This document shows, piece after piece, positions 8,691 through 10,942 of a stretch of 10,942 nucleotides of DNA. A program made the position numbers and the translations under genes. Origin of the DNA: Octopus sinensis (lineage: Eukaryota); NCBI RefSeq assembly GCF_006345805.1, contig NW_021827144.1, forward strand, positions 1-10,942, written 5' to 3'. The notes under the pieces were generated by a model. The model searched no databases. It was given only the letters and a program-made list of their open reading frames with translations, and had not been told where the DNA came from. Within the stretch, counting starts at the first letter, position 1; each line of letters begins with the position of its first letter.

Positions 8691-8969
8691 TTATTTGTGT
8701 GCTAGTATGTGGCTACGAGAAAGAGGAGGGGTTCAAAGAGGTTTCCTGAGTGACTATCGCTAAGGCTAACATGATAATTCAATCAATTTTCCAAACTAGG
8801 AATATTTTTTTTAAACGGTCAGTTTGATTTATTGACTTATTTATTTTTTTTTTTTTTCAGAAACAAAATGATTCATGATTCGTTCATCTGCCGAATATGT
8901 TTCTATACCTAAGACAAAACAGGGATAAACATGCACAGAGGGACTAGAACGCTGAAGAATATACACATA

Positions 8970-9376
8970 GGCGGAGGAGTGGCTGTGTGGTAAGTAGCTT
9001 GCTAACCAACCACATGGTTCCGGGTTCAGTCCCCTGCGTGGCACCTTGGGTAAGTGTCTTCTGCTATAGCCCCGGGCCGACCAATGCCTTGTGAGTGGAT
9101 TTGGAAGACGGAAACTGAAAAGACCTGTCGTATATGGTATATATATGTATGTGTGTGTTTGGTGGTTTGTGTTTGTCCCCTAGCATTGCTTGACACAACC
9201 CGATGCTGGTGTGTTTACGTCCCCGTCACTTAGCGGTTCGGCAAAAGATTCCGATAGAATAAGTACTGGCCTTACAAAGAATAAGTCCCGGGGTCGATTT
9301 GCTCGACTAAAGGCGGTGCTCCAGCATGGCTATAGTCAAATGACTAAAACAAGTAAAAGAGTAAAGAGTAAAGAGT
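8970..9376 (+). mobile_element. tRNA-derived SINE, family A, copy 3, with an (AAAGAGT)3 tail
   Basis: Colinear with 148-570. The tail AAAAGAGTAAAGAGTAAAGAGT is at 9355-9376. No TSD was seen. Confidence 0.9.
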
Positions 9377-9420
9377 CTACGCTAGTAGACTCGCGCATCA
9401 AAATAAATTCGAATGACCAT

Positions 9421-9444
9421 TATATATATATATATATATATATA
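9421..9444. repeat. (TA)12 microsatellite
   Basis: Pure TA run. Confidence 0.95.
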
Positions 9445-9540
9445 GTTAATCCAAAAAAGAAAGCACAATGAAACACAACACGAGGACGTGGAACAAATAT
9501 AGTATTATTGGACGCTCATGAAAGAAGGAAAGAAGGAGGT

Positions 9541-9574
9541 TTTAACGTTTCGAGCGGAGCTCTTCGTCGGAAAC
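9541..9574 (-). ncRNA. Minimal type-I hammerhead ribozyme-like motif (HH-1)
   Basis: The minus strand reads GTTT-CCGACGA-A-GAGC-TCC-GCTC-GAA-ACGT-T-AAA. Helix I is TTT/AAA, helix II is GAGC/GCTC, helix III is the palindrome ACGT, and the putative GUU site is cleaved between 9544 and 9543. The core has C at position 4. Confidence 0.65.
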
Positions 9575-9700
9575 ATAGGCGAAGGAAAGATCCAGAGAAA
9601 AGAGAAGGGAAGATAGAGGAAAAAAATCGCCAACGGTACACATGAGGTGAGAAAGAAGAAATGACAAAGAGAAACAACGGTTATGTTATGAACTTCATTA

Positions 9701-9763
9701 TCTTTACAGCTGTTTCCGCTATAACTGAGTGCCAGAAAAACACCGTATAGCTTCATCGGAGAC
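9701..9763 (-). ncRNA. Second hammerhead ribozyme-like motif (HH-2), probably partly degenerate
   Basis: The minus strand reads GTCT-CCGATGA-A-GCTATA-(22 nt)-TATAGC-G-GAA-ACAGCTGT-A-AAGA. Helix II is 6 bp, helix III is the palindrome ACAGCTGT, and the putative GUA site is cleaved between 9705 and 9704. Helix I is imperfect and there is an extra G before GAAA. Confidence 0.55.
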
Positions 9764-9854
9764 GGATATATGAAACGCAATTTATTTTATTTAAAAAAAT
9801 GATATTTGTGCAATATACAGGAAAGTAATTTCCTCTGAGAAAATCATTGCTGTT

Positions 9855-9950
9855 TTACACACAACACACACAAACACACATACACACACACACACATATA
9901 CATATATACATATATATACATGTATGTGGTATATATAAATGGTATATCCA
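9855..9950. repeat. (CA)n/(TA)n dinucleotide tract
   Basis: Directly visible. Confidence 0.9.
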
Positions 9951-10186
9951 AAAGGTTCTGAGGTATAAGCGTAGAAATATAAGTATATATACGCGTATGC
10001 ATTTGATAAAGAGAAAAAAACAGGCGCAGATGGGCAGACACGCCTTGAAGATCATAACATAACAATCGTTTCCTATCTCGACTCTCTTCCTCATTACTGC
10101 TCTATATCCATTTAATACTTCGTTCTGAAGCAAACGTGTATTGAGTTCTACACAAGGTTATTAGGCTTCGAATCCCTAAGAGAAAT

Positions 10187-10630
10187 ATATTATATATATA
10201 TATATGTGTGTGTGTGTGTTGTGTGTGTTGGTGTGTGTAAACAGGGAATACAGGAAGGATAACATCCTGCTTAAAATATGCGGGTATATATTATTCATAT
10301 GTTACGTATATATATGCTTATATGTATGGCAATATAGAGATGTATGTATATATATATATGCATTATAAATATATAGATTATATATATATATATATCTATA
10401 TATATATTATAAATATATATATATAGTATATAATAAAAAATATAGGTGTATAACATATAATATGTACATATATTACATGCATACATATGCATCCTTACAG
10501 CATATTACATTCATATATACATGCATATTACATACATATAACACATATATACAATACATACATTCATACATACATACATACATACATACATACATACACA
10601 CATACATTATATATACATACATACATGCAT
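10187..10630. repeat. Compound (TA)n, (TG)n and (TACA)n tracts
   Basis: Directly visible, including a (CATA)n run at ~10560-10625. Confidence 0.9.
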
Positions 10631-10942
10631 TTAGAAACAGGTCCGCCTGCAGACACACATCGAGCTTAAGCTAATGGTTTAAAATACTCGAAAAGAAGTG
10701 TTGGAGAGCCAATATATAACAACCAGAGATCAGTGTATGCATTAAAGCGTTGGGAGGAAGCAATAATTGGGTAATGTTTGAAACCTATGTCACAACATCA
10801 AACACACAAGCTGATAAATAGGAACATCCATAACAATTTACTAGGCGGCCTTCTTACTAAAACGGTATCAAGTTGATTTGGCGTGTTGTTTACGTGTTGT
10901 GTTATGCATATATAAGTATATGTGTGTGGGTGTGTGTGTGGT

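Larger units (their letters stand above)
9445..9780 (-). mobile_element. Putative non-autonomous Penelope-like/retrozyme-like element (pseudo-LTR-like) with two hammerhead motifs
   Basis: Two minimal hammerhead-like folds lie on the same strand. The 3' end abuts a (TA)n run, and there is no ORF. The boundaries and family assignment are inferred. Confidence 0.5.

Overview
AT-rich eukaryotic non-coding DNA, probably intronic or intergenic. The repeat families resemble those I recall from octopus/cephalopod genomes; this is recognition from memory, not a search. No protein-coding gene is supported: the long ORFs are by-products of trinucleotide and dinucleotide repeats or of SINE sequence. The window holds three tRNA-derived SINE families (called A, B and C here). 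At 41-951 an old family-B SINE is split by two nested SINE insertions. There is also a 238-bp Tc1/mariner-type MITE with TA flanks and many micro/minisatellites, including a ~900-bp polypurine tract. The most notable element, at ~9445-9780, carries two same-strand (minus) minimal type-I hammerhead-ribozyme-like motifs with palindromic helix III, as in Penelope-like elements and retrozymes. Both motifs have a non-canonical CCGAYGA core instead of CUGANGA.
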